In this document: one piece after another, positions 46,893 through 56,884 of the stretch
How positions within the stretch are numbered: the first letter of the stretch is position 1
Layout of the letters: each line of letters starts with the position of its first letter
Assembly: GCA_039961735.1 (NCBI GenBank)
Contig: JABRVX010000059.1
Location: 1-64,000 of the forward strand
Direction of reading: 5' to 3'
Length of the DNA: 64,000 nucleotides
Source of the DNA: Fimbriimonadia bacterium
GTDB taxonomy: Bacteria > Armatimonadota > Fimbriimonadia > Fimbriimonadales > JABRVX01
The notes under the pieces: model-generated
Told to the model about the DNA's origin: nothing
The model's input: the letters and a program-made list of their open reading frames with translations, nothing else
Databases searched by the model: none
Program-made: the position numbers and the translations under genes

Positions 46893-48560
46893 CTAGGTAT
46901 CACCCACCAGGCCGAAGTTGATAAGCATCACCGACAGGTCGGCGACGTCCACCACGCCGTTATAGTTCACATCGCCCTGGCCGGTCAGTCCGAATCTGGA
47001 CAGCACGATGTTGATGTCGCGAATGTCCACTACGTTGTCGTTGTTCGCGTCGCCGTTCAGCATCGCGAAGTTCAGGATGGTCTCCGGCGGCAGGATCATC
47101 ACCGACGGGATAGTCTTGCGCAGGAAAGTCGGGAACTTGACGGAGAAGTCGTGCTCGCACAGCATGCTCGTGTTCAGTCCGAAAGTGCCGTTCTGGTACA
47201 CCACAGACCGAAGGGATTCCAGCTCCCCGGTGCCAGGCTTGCGGAACTCCACGTATCCCATCAGTGGTGCCGTGCCCTGATACTCCTGAAGGGCAACATT
47301 GCAGGTGAGCACCGCTGAGCTCAGACAGCTTATGCCCCTGAGATAGTTCTGTACGACCTCGATGGTTCGAGGATGGAACTCCAGGTGAATGTTAGACATT
47401 CCGCCCGGGCAGATGTGGCAGTAGCTCATGATGGTCCCAACGAATGGCGGATCGTTACAGCCGAGGCCACAGGTGTCGACGGGTGGGAACATCTCATGCG
47501 TATGAGGGGCACCGAAGTTGTGACCGATCTCGTGAGTTACGACGAACGGATCCCAGTTGTTAGGTCCGGGCTCAAGGCCCGGAGGGAAGGAGCCTGCCAG
47601 ATTGGCACTTAGCCCGTATCCATAGCCGTAGTCGCAAAGAACTCCCAACCATGCAACGCCGCCGCCTAGCGCTCTTCCGGAGAGGAAGTGCGCGATGTTG
47701 CGATAGATTTGCTGCATGTTTTGGGTCCAGTATGTTCGAAACTGATTGAGCTGGTTGGAAGTATTGTTCTGGTTCCATGGATCGTTGGAGTTGCTCCACA
47801 GCCGCATGTATGGAACGTTAACTGCGACTCCGAAGTCGCGCCGATAGATGAAGTCTACGGCGCCAAACAGCGTAGTGACATATGCACCGGACGCGTTGGT
47901 ATTGCCACCGAACAGGCTGCCTGTGAACTCCCAGTCGGTCTCCACAGCAATCGAGCACAACTTCCCTCCGCAGTCGTCGGCGATCACTACGTCATTCGTC
48001 TGGTCACTCAACCCGCGAGGCAGCAAACTATCTGCATCGCAGAACCAGTCCGATTGGAACCAGTAGCCCGGCATGTCCTTGACACGGTAGATGTGCAGAG
48101 ACTTGTTGTTCGTCCTCGATCCGGCCGACAGGAAGTACATGTCGTCTTCTATCATCAGCCAACCGTTACAGCCCCAGGGGGAGAGGCCGAGGTACACGGA
48201 AGACTTTGCCAGTCCATCAATCGTTCCACGCAACAGCACCACGTCCGGGCGTTCGGTCGGGATGTCACCCAACTCCGAACCGATAACCACCGCGGCGTTC
48301 GAGGGCAAGACCTCGAAGCGCTCGAGCAATAGGTCGGCCGACACGGTCCTGCTAATGGGGAAGTCGCGAAGCGTGACGTTCCCCCGTGCTTCCTTCAGCA
48401 CCGCGTACCGCTCGGCATCGAAGGTCAGCGGGGTGAGGAGATCGTGCGCCTCGCGGGTGTCGAGTTTGATTGGCGAGGGCAGTACTGCAGAGCGCGAGGT
48501 GCCGCTCCCGCACACCGAGATAGCCAACACCACCGACAGGAGCAACATCCACAGTTTCAT
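46893..48560 (-). CDS. Secreted zinc metalloprotease, reprolysin/M12B-like (HEIGHNFGAPH), with C-terminal dockerin-like duplicated calcium-binding repeats
   Basis: Signal peptide MKLWMLLLSVVLAISVCG. Zincin motif HEIGHNFGAPHTH. C-terminal DANNDNVVDIRDINIVLSRFG...GDVNYNGVVDVADLSVMLINFG resembles a type I dockerin. Confidence 0.7.
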   Translation of the reverse strand: MKLWMLLLSVVLAISVCGSGTSRSAVLPSPIKLDTREAHDLLTPLTFDAERYAVLKEARGNVTLRDFPISRTVSADLLLERFEVLPSNAAVVIGSELGDIPTERPDVVLLRGTIDGLAKSSVYLGLSPWGCNGWLMIEDDMYFLSAGSRTNNKSLHIYRVKDMPGYWFQSDWFCDADSLLPRGLSDQTNDVVIADDCGGKLCSIAVETDWEFTGSLFGGNTNASGAYVTTLFGAVDFIYRRDFGVAVNVPYMRLWSNSNDPWNQNNTSNQLNQFRTYWTQNMQQIYRNIAHFLSGRALGGGVAWLGVLCDYGYGYGLSANLAGSFPPGLEPGPNNWDPFVVTHEIGHNFGAPHTHEMFPPVDTCGLGCNDPPFVGTIMSYCHICPGGMSNIHLEFHPRTIEVVQNYLRGISCLSSAVLTCNVALQEYQGTAPLMGYVEFRKPGTGELESLRSVVYQNGTFGLNTSMLCEHDFSVKFPTFLRKTIPSVMILPPETILNFAMLNGDANNDNVVDIRDINIVLSRFGLTGQGDVNYNGVVDVADLSVMLINFGLVGDT

Positions 48561-48675
48561 GCAGAGTTCACCACCGTTTAGAGTCAGTCCTTAAGATATC
48601 AGGACAGGAAGTGCGCGGCAGACGTTCCCGGAACATACACTTCACTTCGGGCTCAGTCGGCGGGTAGGTAACGCT

Positions 48676-50592
48676 TCAGGGTCCACCACTTACCAACGTT
48701 CTCCTGGGCCATTCGACCGACTTCCCTTCTCCGAGGTGGAGGCTTGCCACAGGTATCGCGCCACGTACGGAGTTGCCAATGAGCACCCGATCTGCCCGGA
48801 CTAGGTCAGCGAGAGTGAGCACGCGCTCGGCAACTTGACCTCGCTTCAGAAGGTCCTCACGCCAAAGGCCCGGCAGTAGGCCGCAGTCAAGGGGCGGAGT
48901 CACCCACTCACCGTCTAGCCGGACGACGATGTTCGCTCTGGAACACTCCGTCACTTCACCCCTCGTGTTGAGGTAGAGGATATCGAAGTGGCCCAGCTTC
49001 CGTGCTTCACACAGTCCGCGTTCATACGCTTCGCGGTGAGTGGTCTTGTGGTACACGAACACCTCTGCCGGGTCGGTTCGCTCCTTCGCGAGCATCAGGG
49101 TCACGGGGCCGATTGGGCCGCCTACCAACGCGGCCCACTCCACCCTCGGCTCTCCATCCGAGCCGACCAACAGCCGGACGCGTGCCGCCGTCGCACCAGT
49201 TACCGACAGGTCGGCCTCGATGCCGGGGACAGCAGCCTCCAGCGCCTCCCGCACCCGACTGTCATCCCACTGCCGTCCGAAGTACGCAGCCGAATCGGAC
49301 ATCCGCGCCAGGTGGTCCTCCATCCATTGGTAGCCCTCGCCGCGTTCGTAGCGCAAGGTCTCCAGTAGATCGAACACCACATGTTTGCTGAACAGAAACC
49401 GGCTTTTGCAGACAGCCTCCTCACGTTCGGAATCAGCCGAGGAGTCCGCCACGATTGCACCTCCCACACCCAGCTCGCAGTGTGGGCCATGCTTCATAAC
49501 GGTGCGAATGGCCACGTTCAGCAGGCAATCGCCGTTCGGCCGGAAGATGCCGATGCAGCCGCAATAGGGGCCACGCGCTTCCGCCTCCAGTTCGCCGATG
49601 ATCTCGCACGCCCTCAACTTCGGCGTCCCCGTCACCGAGCCGGGCGGCAAGATGGCGCGGAGCAGGTCCGAGACGCGGACGCCCTCGCGCAACAGTCCTT
49701 CCACGTCGCTCGTCATTTGCCATACCGTGGGATAGCGCTCGACACGGAACATGGCAGGGACAGTGACGCTGCCGTACTCGCACACGCGCCCCAGGTCGTT
49801 CCGCATCAGGTCAAGGATCATCAGGTTCTCCGCGCGGTTCTTGTCGTCGCGCGACAGCGCGTCCGCAACGAGCCGATCTTCTTCGCTCCAGCGGCCTCGT
49901 TTGGCGGTGCCCTTCATCGGTCGGGTGAGCACGCGCCTACCCTCGCGTCGGAGGAGCAGTTCGGGGGAAAGGGAGAGCACCTGCGCATCACCCAGGTTCA
50001 GGAACGCCGAGTAGCCGACGGGGTGATCTCTGCGCAGTTCTAGAAACAGGTCGGCGGGCGGGCCGTCGTGTTCGAAGCGCAACTTGCAGGTGTAGTTGAC
50101 CTGGTACACATCGCCATCCTCGATGTAGGCTTTGATCCGGTCTACCGCACGGCCGTAGTCTCTAGCCCCGATACACAGCCGCGGGTTCTCTATGCCTCCC
50201 ATCCCTCCACCACAAGCGGCGGAGGGATCGAACTCGAAGCACTCGGAGTCGGCCTCCTCCACCCCCTCGTACAGCCCGAGCCACACGAGCGGCAGGTAGT
50301 GCATGTGACGGATCGCGTTGGGCCGGTTGAGCGCGACGCCTGCCTCGTAGGAGAGGTACCCGGCGGCTACCAGCCCGCCAGCCAAAGCAGCGTCCAACTC
50401 GGCCAGCGCCTTCCCCACCTCCAACGGAGTGTGGGCAGTTATATGGCCGACGGGATCACGCAACACCGAGGTGCGGCCGTACTGACGGTCGTCGAGTAGC
50501 ATGGCACCGGGCTCGGCGAGAAGGTCCTGAAGTCGGGCGGGGGCAAGCGCAGGGATCATCCGCCTCTCATTATGCACGTCCTTCCCGCCCAC
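48676..50592 (-). CDS. Aminodeoxychorismate synthase component I fused to aminodeoxychorismate lyase (PabB-PabC fusion)
   Basis: Chorismate-binding domain (NLMILDLMRNDLG...GSVTGTPKLRACEIIGELE...RGPYCGCIG), then a class IV aminotransferase-fold C-terminal region. Start GTG 50592 or ATG 50559. Confidence 0.7.
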   Translation of the reverse strand: MGGKDVHNERRMIPALAPARLQDLLAEPGAMLLDDRQYGRTSVLRDPVGHITAHTPLEVGKALAELDAALAGGLVAAGYLSYEAGVALNRPNAIRHMHYLPLVWLGLYEGVEEADSECFEFDPSAACGGGMGGIENPRLCIGARDYGRAVDRIKAYIEDGDVYQVNYTCKLRFEHDGPPADLFLELRRDHPVGYSAFLNLGDAQVLSLSPELLLRREGRRVLTRPMKGTAKRGRWSEEDRLVADALSRDDKNRAENLMILDLMRNDLGRVCEYGSVTVPAMFRVERYPTVWQMTSDVEGLLREGVRVSDLLRAILPPGSVTGTPKLRACEIIGELEAEARGPYCGCIGIFRPNGDCLLNVAIRTVMKHGPHCELGVGGAIVADSSADSEREEAVCKSRFLFSKHVVFDLLETLRYERGEGYQWMEDHLARMSDSAAYFGRQWDDSRVREALEAAVPGIEADLSVTGATAARVRLLVGSDGEPRVEWAALVGGPIGPVTLMLAKERTDPAEVFVYHKTTHREAYERGLCEARKLGHFDILYLNTRGEVTECSRANIVVRLDGEWVTPPLDCGLLPGLWREDLLKRGQVAERVLTLADLVRADRVLIGNSVRGAIPVASLHLGEGKSVEWPRRTLVSGGP

Positions 50593-50670
50593 GGTCCCTC
50601 AGTCTTGCTTCCCTTCGACCCAGGGGAATACGGCTCGAGCGTGGTCATCGCTTGCCGCCTGACAAGGGCA

Positions 50671-51537
50671 TCAGACCTCCGGCGCGGCCTCCGACTGCGC
50701 GGCATCCCACTGGGCCGCGTACTCGGGGTCGCGTTTACACAACGGCACGAAGTCGCACCCCAAACACACCGCTTTGAACGCCGGCTTTAGTGCCGCGAAG
50801 TCTGTCTCCAGGATCTCCTCTCCCAACAAACGCAGGCTCTCCTCGAACTGCGCTAACTCCTCATCGGTCAGCCCAACGGTGGCAGATTGGTTGGCCCGCA
50901 GTGCGTGAATCGTCGCGCGCACCGAACGCTCCGGATGAAGCCTGCGCAGAAGCAACTGATAGGCGCACATGGCGAGGTCGTTGCGCACGTCCTCCTCGGT
51001 GACGCTGTCCCGACCGCTTTTGTAGTCCACCACCTCGAGAGCGCCGTCGGGATGCTCGTCCACGCGGTCCACGCGGCCCTGCAGCAGGAAGGGGCCAAGG
51101 TCGAAGCGCAGCATCCGTTCGACGTACACGGGCTTGGCGAGCGTCGGCGCTGCAGCCTGCTTCTCGTAGTAGGCGACAAGCAGTTCGCGACCCATCTCCA
51201 GCCGCCTTGCCGACTCCTCGGGGCTGTCGTATCCCGCTTCGATCCAGCTTTCTTCATAGTCGGCCAGCAGGGTTTCTTTGGGCACCTCGCCAACGCCGCC
51301 CTGTTCGTGAAAGCGCTGCAGCACTTTGTGCAGGGTGGCGCCGAAGCTGAAATAGGGTTTGGCAGTTCGGTACCAACGTCCTCGCGGGTCCACGAAGCTC
51401 CAGCGATACATCACCGGGCAGGCGAGGTAGGTCACGAACTTGGACGGGCTAAGGGTGGGTTTGTCCTTCACGGCGACCTCCGTGATCTCGCCCCGCAGTG
51501 GGCGGTCCAAAAGCATAGGCGAGAGGCCCGACGCCAC
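50671..51537 (-). CDS. PD-(D/E)XK nuclease, Cas4/RecB-like, with a 4-Cys Fe-S cluster signature
   Basis: N-terminal YLACPVMYRW (Cas4-like CP motif), VDYKSG (D-x-K), C-terminal CLGCDFVPLC (Cx2Cx5C). Confidence 0.65.
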   Translation of the reverse strand: MASGLSPMLLDRPLRGEITEVAVKDKPTLSPSKFVTYLACPVMYRWSFVDPRGRWYRTAKPYFSFGATLHKVLQRFHEQGGVGEVPKETLLADYEESWIEAGYDSPEESARRLEMGRELLVAYYEKQAAAPTLAKPVYVERMLRFDLGPFLLQGRVDRVDEHPDGALEVVDYKSGRDSVTEEDVRNDLAMCAYQLLLRRLHPERSVRATIHALRANQSATVGLTDEELAQFEESLRLLGEEILETDFAALKPAFKAVCLGCDFVPLCKRDPEYAAQWDAAQSEAAPEV

Positions 51538-51577
51538 TGTGTCGGGCCTCTCAGTGTGAACGATCCCTACCCCTCTG

Positions 51578-52681
51578 TCAAGTCGAAACTTTGCTCTTAC
51601 TCGCGGACTTAGTTTCCCCGTTGCCTGGCGAAGCGGGCTGAGCAGCCTCTACGAGTTTCGGCTCGATGGGCTCCTCTCGGAGGATGCGCGCGGCATCCTC
51701 GGGGCGCACGGTGTTGATGTAGATGCCGGTACCCATTTCGAAGCCTGCTGCGATGGTGAGCCGAGGCAGCACGCTGAGGTGCCAGTGGAAGAGCGGGTCC
51801 TTCTCGACATTCACCGGCGCGGAGTGGAAGGTGAAGTTGAACGGCGGGCTGTTCAGTGCGCTATCGAGGCGCTGCATCACCTCGCGGACGATGCGGGCCA
51901 TCGGTTCGATGGTGTGTCGGGTCTCTTCGACAAAGGACCTGCGGTGACCGCGCGGCATGATCACGATCTCGTAGGGGTACTTCGGGGCGTACGGGCAGAA
52001 CGCGATGAACTCCTCGTTGCCACAGATGAGGCGCTCGCCGAAATTGGTTTCCTGGCGGATCATGTCGCAGTACAGGCATCGCTCGTGGAAGTCGTAGTAT
52101 GCTGCGACGCCCGCAATCTTCTGCTTGAGGTCGTGCGGGATCATCGGCAGCGCGACGAGCTGGGAGTGAGGGTGTGCTAGCGTTGCTCCCGCGATTTGAC
52201 CGCGGTTGCGGAACAGCATTGTGTAGCGCACGCGCGTATCCTGCGATAGGTCGAGACATCGGTCACGGAAGGCCCAAAGCACTTCGGCCAACTGCTGCAG
52301 GGGCATGGTCGCAATCTGCAAGTTGTGCTTCGGCGTTTCGATCATCACCTCGTGGGCGCCCACGCCGTGCATCAGGTCGTACATGCCGAAGCCCTTGGTG
52401 TCCAGGTCTCCATCGGGCGAGATGACCGGGAACTTGTTGGGGACGACTCGCACCCACCAGCCGGGCGAGTCGGGCTGGGAATCGGAACTCCGATAGGCCA
52501 GCACTTCGGGCGGGGTCATTGTCTCGTTGCCGGGGCAGAACGGGCACTCGGGGTCGAACTCTTCGAGCGGTTCGTCACCGTCCGGTATCCGAAACCCCTT
52601 CGGACGACCCTCTCTCTTCGGCGAAATGATGACCCATTCTCGGGTCGCCGGGTCCCTTCTCAACTCAGGCAAATCAGCCAT
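51578..52681 (-). CDS. galT: Galactose-1-phosphate uridylyltransferase (HIT family)
   Basis: Zinc-binding CPFCPGNE, HIT-like HPHSQ active-site motif, two half-domains. Confidence 0.8.
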   Translation of the reverse strand: MADLPELRRDPATREWVIISPKREGRPKGFRIPDGDEPLEEFDPECPFCPGNETMTPPEVLAYRSSDSQPDSPGWWVRVVPNKFPVISPDGDLDTKGFGMYDLMHGVGAHEVMIETPKHNLQIATMPLQQLAEVLWAFRDRCLDLSQDTRVRYTMLFRNRGQIAGATLAHPHSQLVALPMIPHDLKQKIAGVAAYYDFHERCLYCDMIRQETNFGERLICGNEEFIAFCPYAPKYPYEIVIMPRGHRRSFVEETRHTIEPMARIVREVMQRLDSALNSPPFNFTFHSAPVNVEKDPLFHWHLSVLPRLTIAAGFEMGTGIYINTVRPEDAARILREEPIEPKLVEAAQPASPGNGETKSASKSKVST

Positions 52682-52966
52682 GCTCCCACCTTATCGTCGC
52701 AGCCTAAGCCGCAGAATCAACAGCGCAACGCGGACGCGAGCGCGGCACTCACCGTTTCTATTCCCCAAATCCGCGCCGGGCTCCAACAACATCTTTCTGG
52801 GGGATGAACCGTAGAGCACAGGCCCTCGCGCGCGAAAGTATAGCCTAATCGGACTAAGCGGCACGCAGAGGCCTGGACCAGGCGCCTGCGAGGTCAATAG
52901 GCTGATCCGTAGGCTGCGACACTCACTCCAGGTATATTGACGGTACCCTGACTGCCGAGGTTCGCC

Positions 52967-53800
52967 GTGTACCCCATTCTATTCGAAGTGTTCGGCGTGC
53001 CCGTACGCTCCTACGGGCTGATGCTGGTCCTCGGGTTCATTCTGGCAATCGTACTGGCATGGCGTCGCGGCCCCAAGTACGGCGCCGATCTGGACACTAT
53101 CCTGGACATCGGCGTGGTGTTGCTGGTCTCCGGGGTTATCGGGGCGCGAATCGGGTGGGTAGTTCAGGAGTGGTCCAGTTACCGAGATAACCCCATCTCG
53201 GTGCTGTACATCTGGCAGGGCGGGCTGACCTACTTCGGGGGCTTGGCCGCGGGCGTGTTGGCGGGACTTTGGTACTCGCGTCGCCGAAAGATCTCGTTTT
53301 GGCGCTGGGCCGACCTGTGTGCGCCCTCGATCGCCCTCGGTTACGCCATCGCGCGGATCGGCTGCTTCCTGAACGGCTGCTGCTACGGGTCACCCACTAA
53401 CCTACCCTGGGCCTGCACGTTTCGCACGCCGGACGGTGTCACGCCGCCCAGCCACCCTTCACAGCTTTACGCGACGGTGGCAAACCTGATCATCGCGGGA
53501 GTGCTGCTGTGGTGGGATCGGAGGGACGGAAAGCAAGGCCAGATCTTCTGGGGATTCCTGCTGCTACACGGGCTGTATCGGTTCCTCTACGAATTCACGC
53601 GCGCCGGGGCGACCTCTACGTATCTGATTCCGGGGCTGCTGACGGATGCCCAAGCGGTGGCTCTGTTGGTGGTTGCCATCGGCGTGCTCGGCCTGCTGTG
53701 GGCTCAGCGGCACGGCACAGCGAGGTGGGCACCGCCCGAAGAAAGAGCGCCACGTGCTGGGCGTCCTCGACCCGAGCCGAGCTCTCAACCTGGTTCGTAG
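52967..53800 (+). CDS. lgt: Prolipoprotein diacylglyceryl transferase
   Basis: Lgt signature (GLTYFGGLAAG...RIGCFLNGCCYG). GTG start. Confidence 0.85.
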   Translation: MYPILFEVFGVPVRSYGLMLVLGFILAIVLAWRRGPKYGADLDTILDIGVVLLVSGVIGARIGWVVQEWSSYRDNPISVLYIWQGGLTYFGGLAAGVLAGLWYSRRRKISFWRWADLCAPSIALGYAIARIGCFLNGCCYGSPTNLPWACTFRTPDGVTPPSHPSQLYATVANLIIAGVLLWWDRRDGKQGQIFWGFLLLHGLYRFLYEFTRAGATSTYLIPGLLTDAQAVALLVVAIGVLGLLWAQRHGTARWAPPEERAPRAGRPRPEPSSQPGS

Positions 53801-53903
53801 CCTACCGGCTCGGGCACCTGGTCCTGATGAGTTGACAAACGTCAACACGAATCAGCTTGATCCGCTAGACACCCGGTACGGCGAGCGGGTAGGCTGAAGG
53901 GCG

Positions 53904-56093
53904 GTGAGCAAGCTCGATCTCTCCTCTCTCAACCCCAAGCAACTGGAGGCAGTCATGCATCCCGGCGGGCCGCTCTTGGTGTTTGCCGGTGCAGGGAGCG
54001 GCAAGACTCGGGTGATTACCTATCGAATCGCGCGCCTCATCTCGGACGGCCTGCGCCCCTGGAACGTGCTCGCCGTCACATTCACCAACAAAGCCGCGAA
54101 CGAGATGAAAGAGCGTGTCGCTGCACTGCTGGGCGAGGACCTGCAGCCGCGGTGGGTGGGCACCTTCCACTCGATGTGCAGCCGCATCCTGCGCGAGTGT
54201 GGAGAGCGCATCGGTATAGACCGCAACTTCGTCGTTTATGATGATGACGACCAGACATCTGTGGTGCGAGACTGCCTCAGGGAACTGAACCTGGACGAGA
54301 AGCAGTTCACCCCCCGCTCGGTACTGACCACCATCAGTCGGGCCAAGGAGAAGCTGATCTCCGCAGAGCAATTCCCCGACGTTGTGCACGGATTCTTCGA
54401 GCGGATCGTCGCCGAGGTGTACCCGAAGTATCAGGCCCGCCTACGCGAGTACAACGCTTTAGACTTCAACGATCTGATCTTTTTCGCAGTGCGGCTGCTG
54501 CGGGAAGACCGAACGGTGCTCGAGCGCTACCGAGACCAGTTCCGCCATGTGCTGGTGGACGAGTATCAGGACGTCAATCAGTCGCAGTACACACTGATTC
54601 AGCTACTCGGCGGGGAACACGAGAACATCACGGTGGTCGGCGACGACGACCAGTCCATCTATGGGTGGCGCGGAGCCGACGTGAAGCTGATCCTGCGTTT
54701 CACCAGCGACTACCCGGACGCGAAGGTGGTGACGCTGGACCAGAACTACCGTTCGACTCAGAGCATCCTGGACGCCGCGCATCGCGTCATCCGTCGCAAC
54801 CGCAACCGCGCAGAAAAGAAGCTGTGGACCGAGAATGCTGGCGGCTCGCCAGTGACCCTGACGATGTGTGGCACGGAGACCGACGAGGCGCAAGTGATTG
54901 CCGAGACCATTCAGCGCGAGGTGCGAGCCGGCCACAGGCGCTACGGCGACTTCGCGATCCTGTATCGCACGAACGCTCAGTCGCGAGCCTTCGAGGAAAC
55001 GTTTCTCGGCCTCCGCATCCCCCACATAATCATCGGGGGCACGCGGTTTTACGAGCGGAAGGAGATCAAGGACGTCGTCGCCTACCTACGCGTCATCCAC
55101 AACCCGTATGACCTCAAGGCGCTCGAGCGCATCGTCAACGTGCCCGCCCGAGGCATCGGCCCTACGACGCTGCAGGTATTACGGGACCATGCAGACAACG
55201 CAGAGCGTCTGTGGGACGCAATGCGGTCCGATGCCGCGATAGAGGCGCTCGGCACGGCGGCACGCAAGCGGGTCGCGGCGTTCGTTCAGCTCATCGAGGA
55301 CTTGCGGCAGATGCCACTGGAAGGACCGGTGTTGCCGGTAGTCGAGGCAACCATCCGCCAAAGCGGCTATCTCGATGCGCTCGCGGCAGACAGAACTGAA
55401 GAGGGCCGGGATCGGGTCGAGAATGTTCGCGAGTTCTTGACCGTTGCGGGCAACTACGACAGCCGCGCCGAGGAGCCCACGCTGGCCGAGTTTCTGCAGA
55501 ACATCGCTTTGGTATCGGACGCCGACTTCGTGGGCGAACGGGCGGATTCCGTACAGCTTCTCACCCTGCACACCGCGAAGGGCTTGGAATTCCCGGTGGT
55601 GTTCCTCGCGGGCCTCGAAGAAGGCGTGTTTCCGCATCAACGTTGCCTCGACTCGGAGTCCCAACTCGAGGAAGAGCGCAGACTCTGCTACGTCGGGATG
55701 ACTCGGGCACAGGAGGAGCTGAATCTGACCTACGCGACGAGGCGAGCCTTTCGCGGTCAGACATCGTTCAACCGCCCCTCGCGCTTTCTGCAGGACCTGG
55801 ATCCCGACGTGGTCACTTCGCTCGGGGCACCGATCCCACCTGCCGCGTCGGGGTTGAGACCTGGAACGGAGCGGCATCCGGCGCGTCCCCCGGTCGTTCA
55901 GCAGCAGACAGAGGCTGCCCGCGAGCCCGCCTTTGCGGTGGGGCAGAAGGTGCGGCACAAGAAGTTCGGCTTAGGGGTCGTGGTGGCTTGCGTTCCGGTG
56001 GGTGAGGACAGCGAAGTCACCGTAGCGTTTCCGGGTATTGTCGGCATCAAGAAGCTGCTACAGCGCTTCGCCGATCTCGAAGCCCTAGGGTAG
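53904..56093 (+). CDS. pcrA: ATP-dependent DNA helicase, UvrD/PcrA (SF1A)
   Basis: Motifs I (AGAGSGKT), II (VLVDEYQDVNQ), the remaining SF1 helicase motifs, and a C-terminal Tudor-like tail. GTG start. Confidence 0.85.
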   Translation: MSKLDLSSLNPKQLEAVMHPGGPLLVFAGAGSGKTRVITYRIARLISDGLRPWNVLAVTFTNKAANEMKERVAALLGEDLQPRWVGTFHSMCSRILRECGERIGIDRNFVVYDDDDQTSVVRDCLRELNLDEKQFTPRSVLTTISRAKEKLISAEQFPDVVHGFFERIVAEVYPKYQARLREYNALDFNDLIFFAVRLLREDRTVLERYRDQFRHVLVDEYQDVNQSQYTLIQLLGGEHENITVVGDDDQSIYGWRGADVKLILRFTSDYPDAKVVTLDQNYRSTQSILDAAHRVIRRNRNRAEKKLWTENAGGSPVTLTMCGTETDEAQVIAETIQREVRAGHRRYGDFAILYRTNAQSRAFEETFLGLRIPHIIIGGTRFYERKEIKDVVAYLRVIHNPYDLKALERIVNVPARGIGPTTLQVLRDHADNAERLWDAMRSDAAIEALGTAARKRVAAFVQLIEDLRQMPLEGPVLPVVEATIRQSGYLDALAADRTEEGRDRVENVREFLTVAGNYDSRAEEPTLAEFLQNIALVSDADFVGERADSVQLLTLHTAKGLEFPVVFLAGLEEGVFPHQRCLDSESQLEEERRLCYVGMTRAQEELNLTYATRRAFRGQTSFNRPSRFLQDLDPDVVTSLGAPIPPAASGLRPGTERHPARPPVVQQQTEAAREPAFAVGQKVRHKKFGLGVVVACVPVGEDSEVTVAFPGIVGIKKLLQRFADLEALG

Positions 56094-56110
56094 GAGGTTG
56101 AAGTATTCCA

Positions 56111-56884
56111 GTGAAGACCAATAGGTTGATGTTGCCGTTCGCCGCTGGGCTGTTCGCCCTGCTCCCGTTGCTGGTACTTCTTAGCTCGGGCTGCGGCGAG
56201 GCGCCCCAAAGCACGAAGTCCACCACCGAGACGACGACGAAGCCCGAGCACCTCGCGGAACCGACGCTGGACCCTTCGAAGGTCCCCTTCACCTCCTTCT
56301 TCCCGATGAAAGGCCCCGAGAAACGCGAATATATGGCATCGCGCGATCTGAAGACGGCGAGAGTCGACTACTCGTTTCAGTCACCCGGCTCCAGCGGTTC
56401 CATTCGCTATCAGCACGTTACGGGCACCAGTCACGAGTTCGACAAGCCTTCGAAAGAAGGCGAGCCGGCACCACCACCGAAGGCAACGGGCACCGTCAAG
56501 GAGACGTACTTTTGGCACCCCGACAAGGGACTGCTCCTTCAGCCTGGAACCGTCACCTCACCGGCACCCTACGCATTACGAATCCTTCCCAACAAGTGGA
56601 GCGAGGAGGCCCGCTGGGAAGACACCTTCACGCTGAAAGACAACCAAGGTCGCACCGCGCCTGGCAAGGCCATCGGCAAGATCGTGGGCACCGAGCGTGT
56701 GGCGACTCCGGCCGGTGATTTCGACGCCATTCATACGGAGATCACCCGCGTGGTCGGCTCGGGAACCGGTGCCTTGGCCGAGCAGTTCGACTTCTGGTTC
56801 GCGAAGGACATCGGGATCGTGAAAGCCGTCTTCGTCAGCCGGGCAGGCAAGATGTCCATGCTGTTGTCCAAGAGGGGTTCGTGA
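56111..56884 (+). CDS. Lipoprotein, hypothetical (paralogue family A)
   Basis: Lipobox LLSSGC. Shares the motif (V/I)(A/E)TP(A/S)G.FD with the ORFs at 56881 and 60359. Confidence 0.55.
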   Translation: MKTNRLMLPFAAGLFALLPLLVLLSSGCGEAPQSTKSTTETTTKPEHLAEPTLDPSKVPFTSFFPMKGPEKREYMASRDLKTARVDYSFQSPGSSGSIRYQHVTGTSHEFDKPSKEGEPAPPPKATGTVKETYFWHPDKGLLLQPGTVTSPAPYALRILPNKWSEEARWEDTFTLKDNQGRTAPGKAIGKIVGTERVATPAGDFDAIHTEITRVVGSGTGALAEQFDFWFAKDIGIVKAVFVSRAGKMSMLLSKRGS

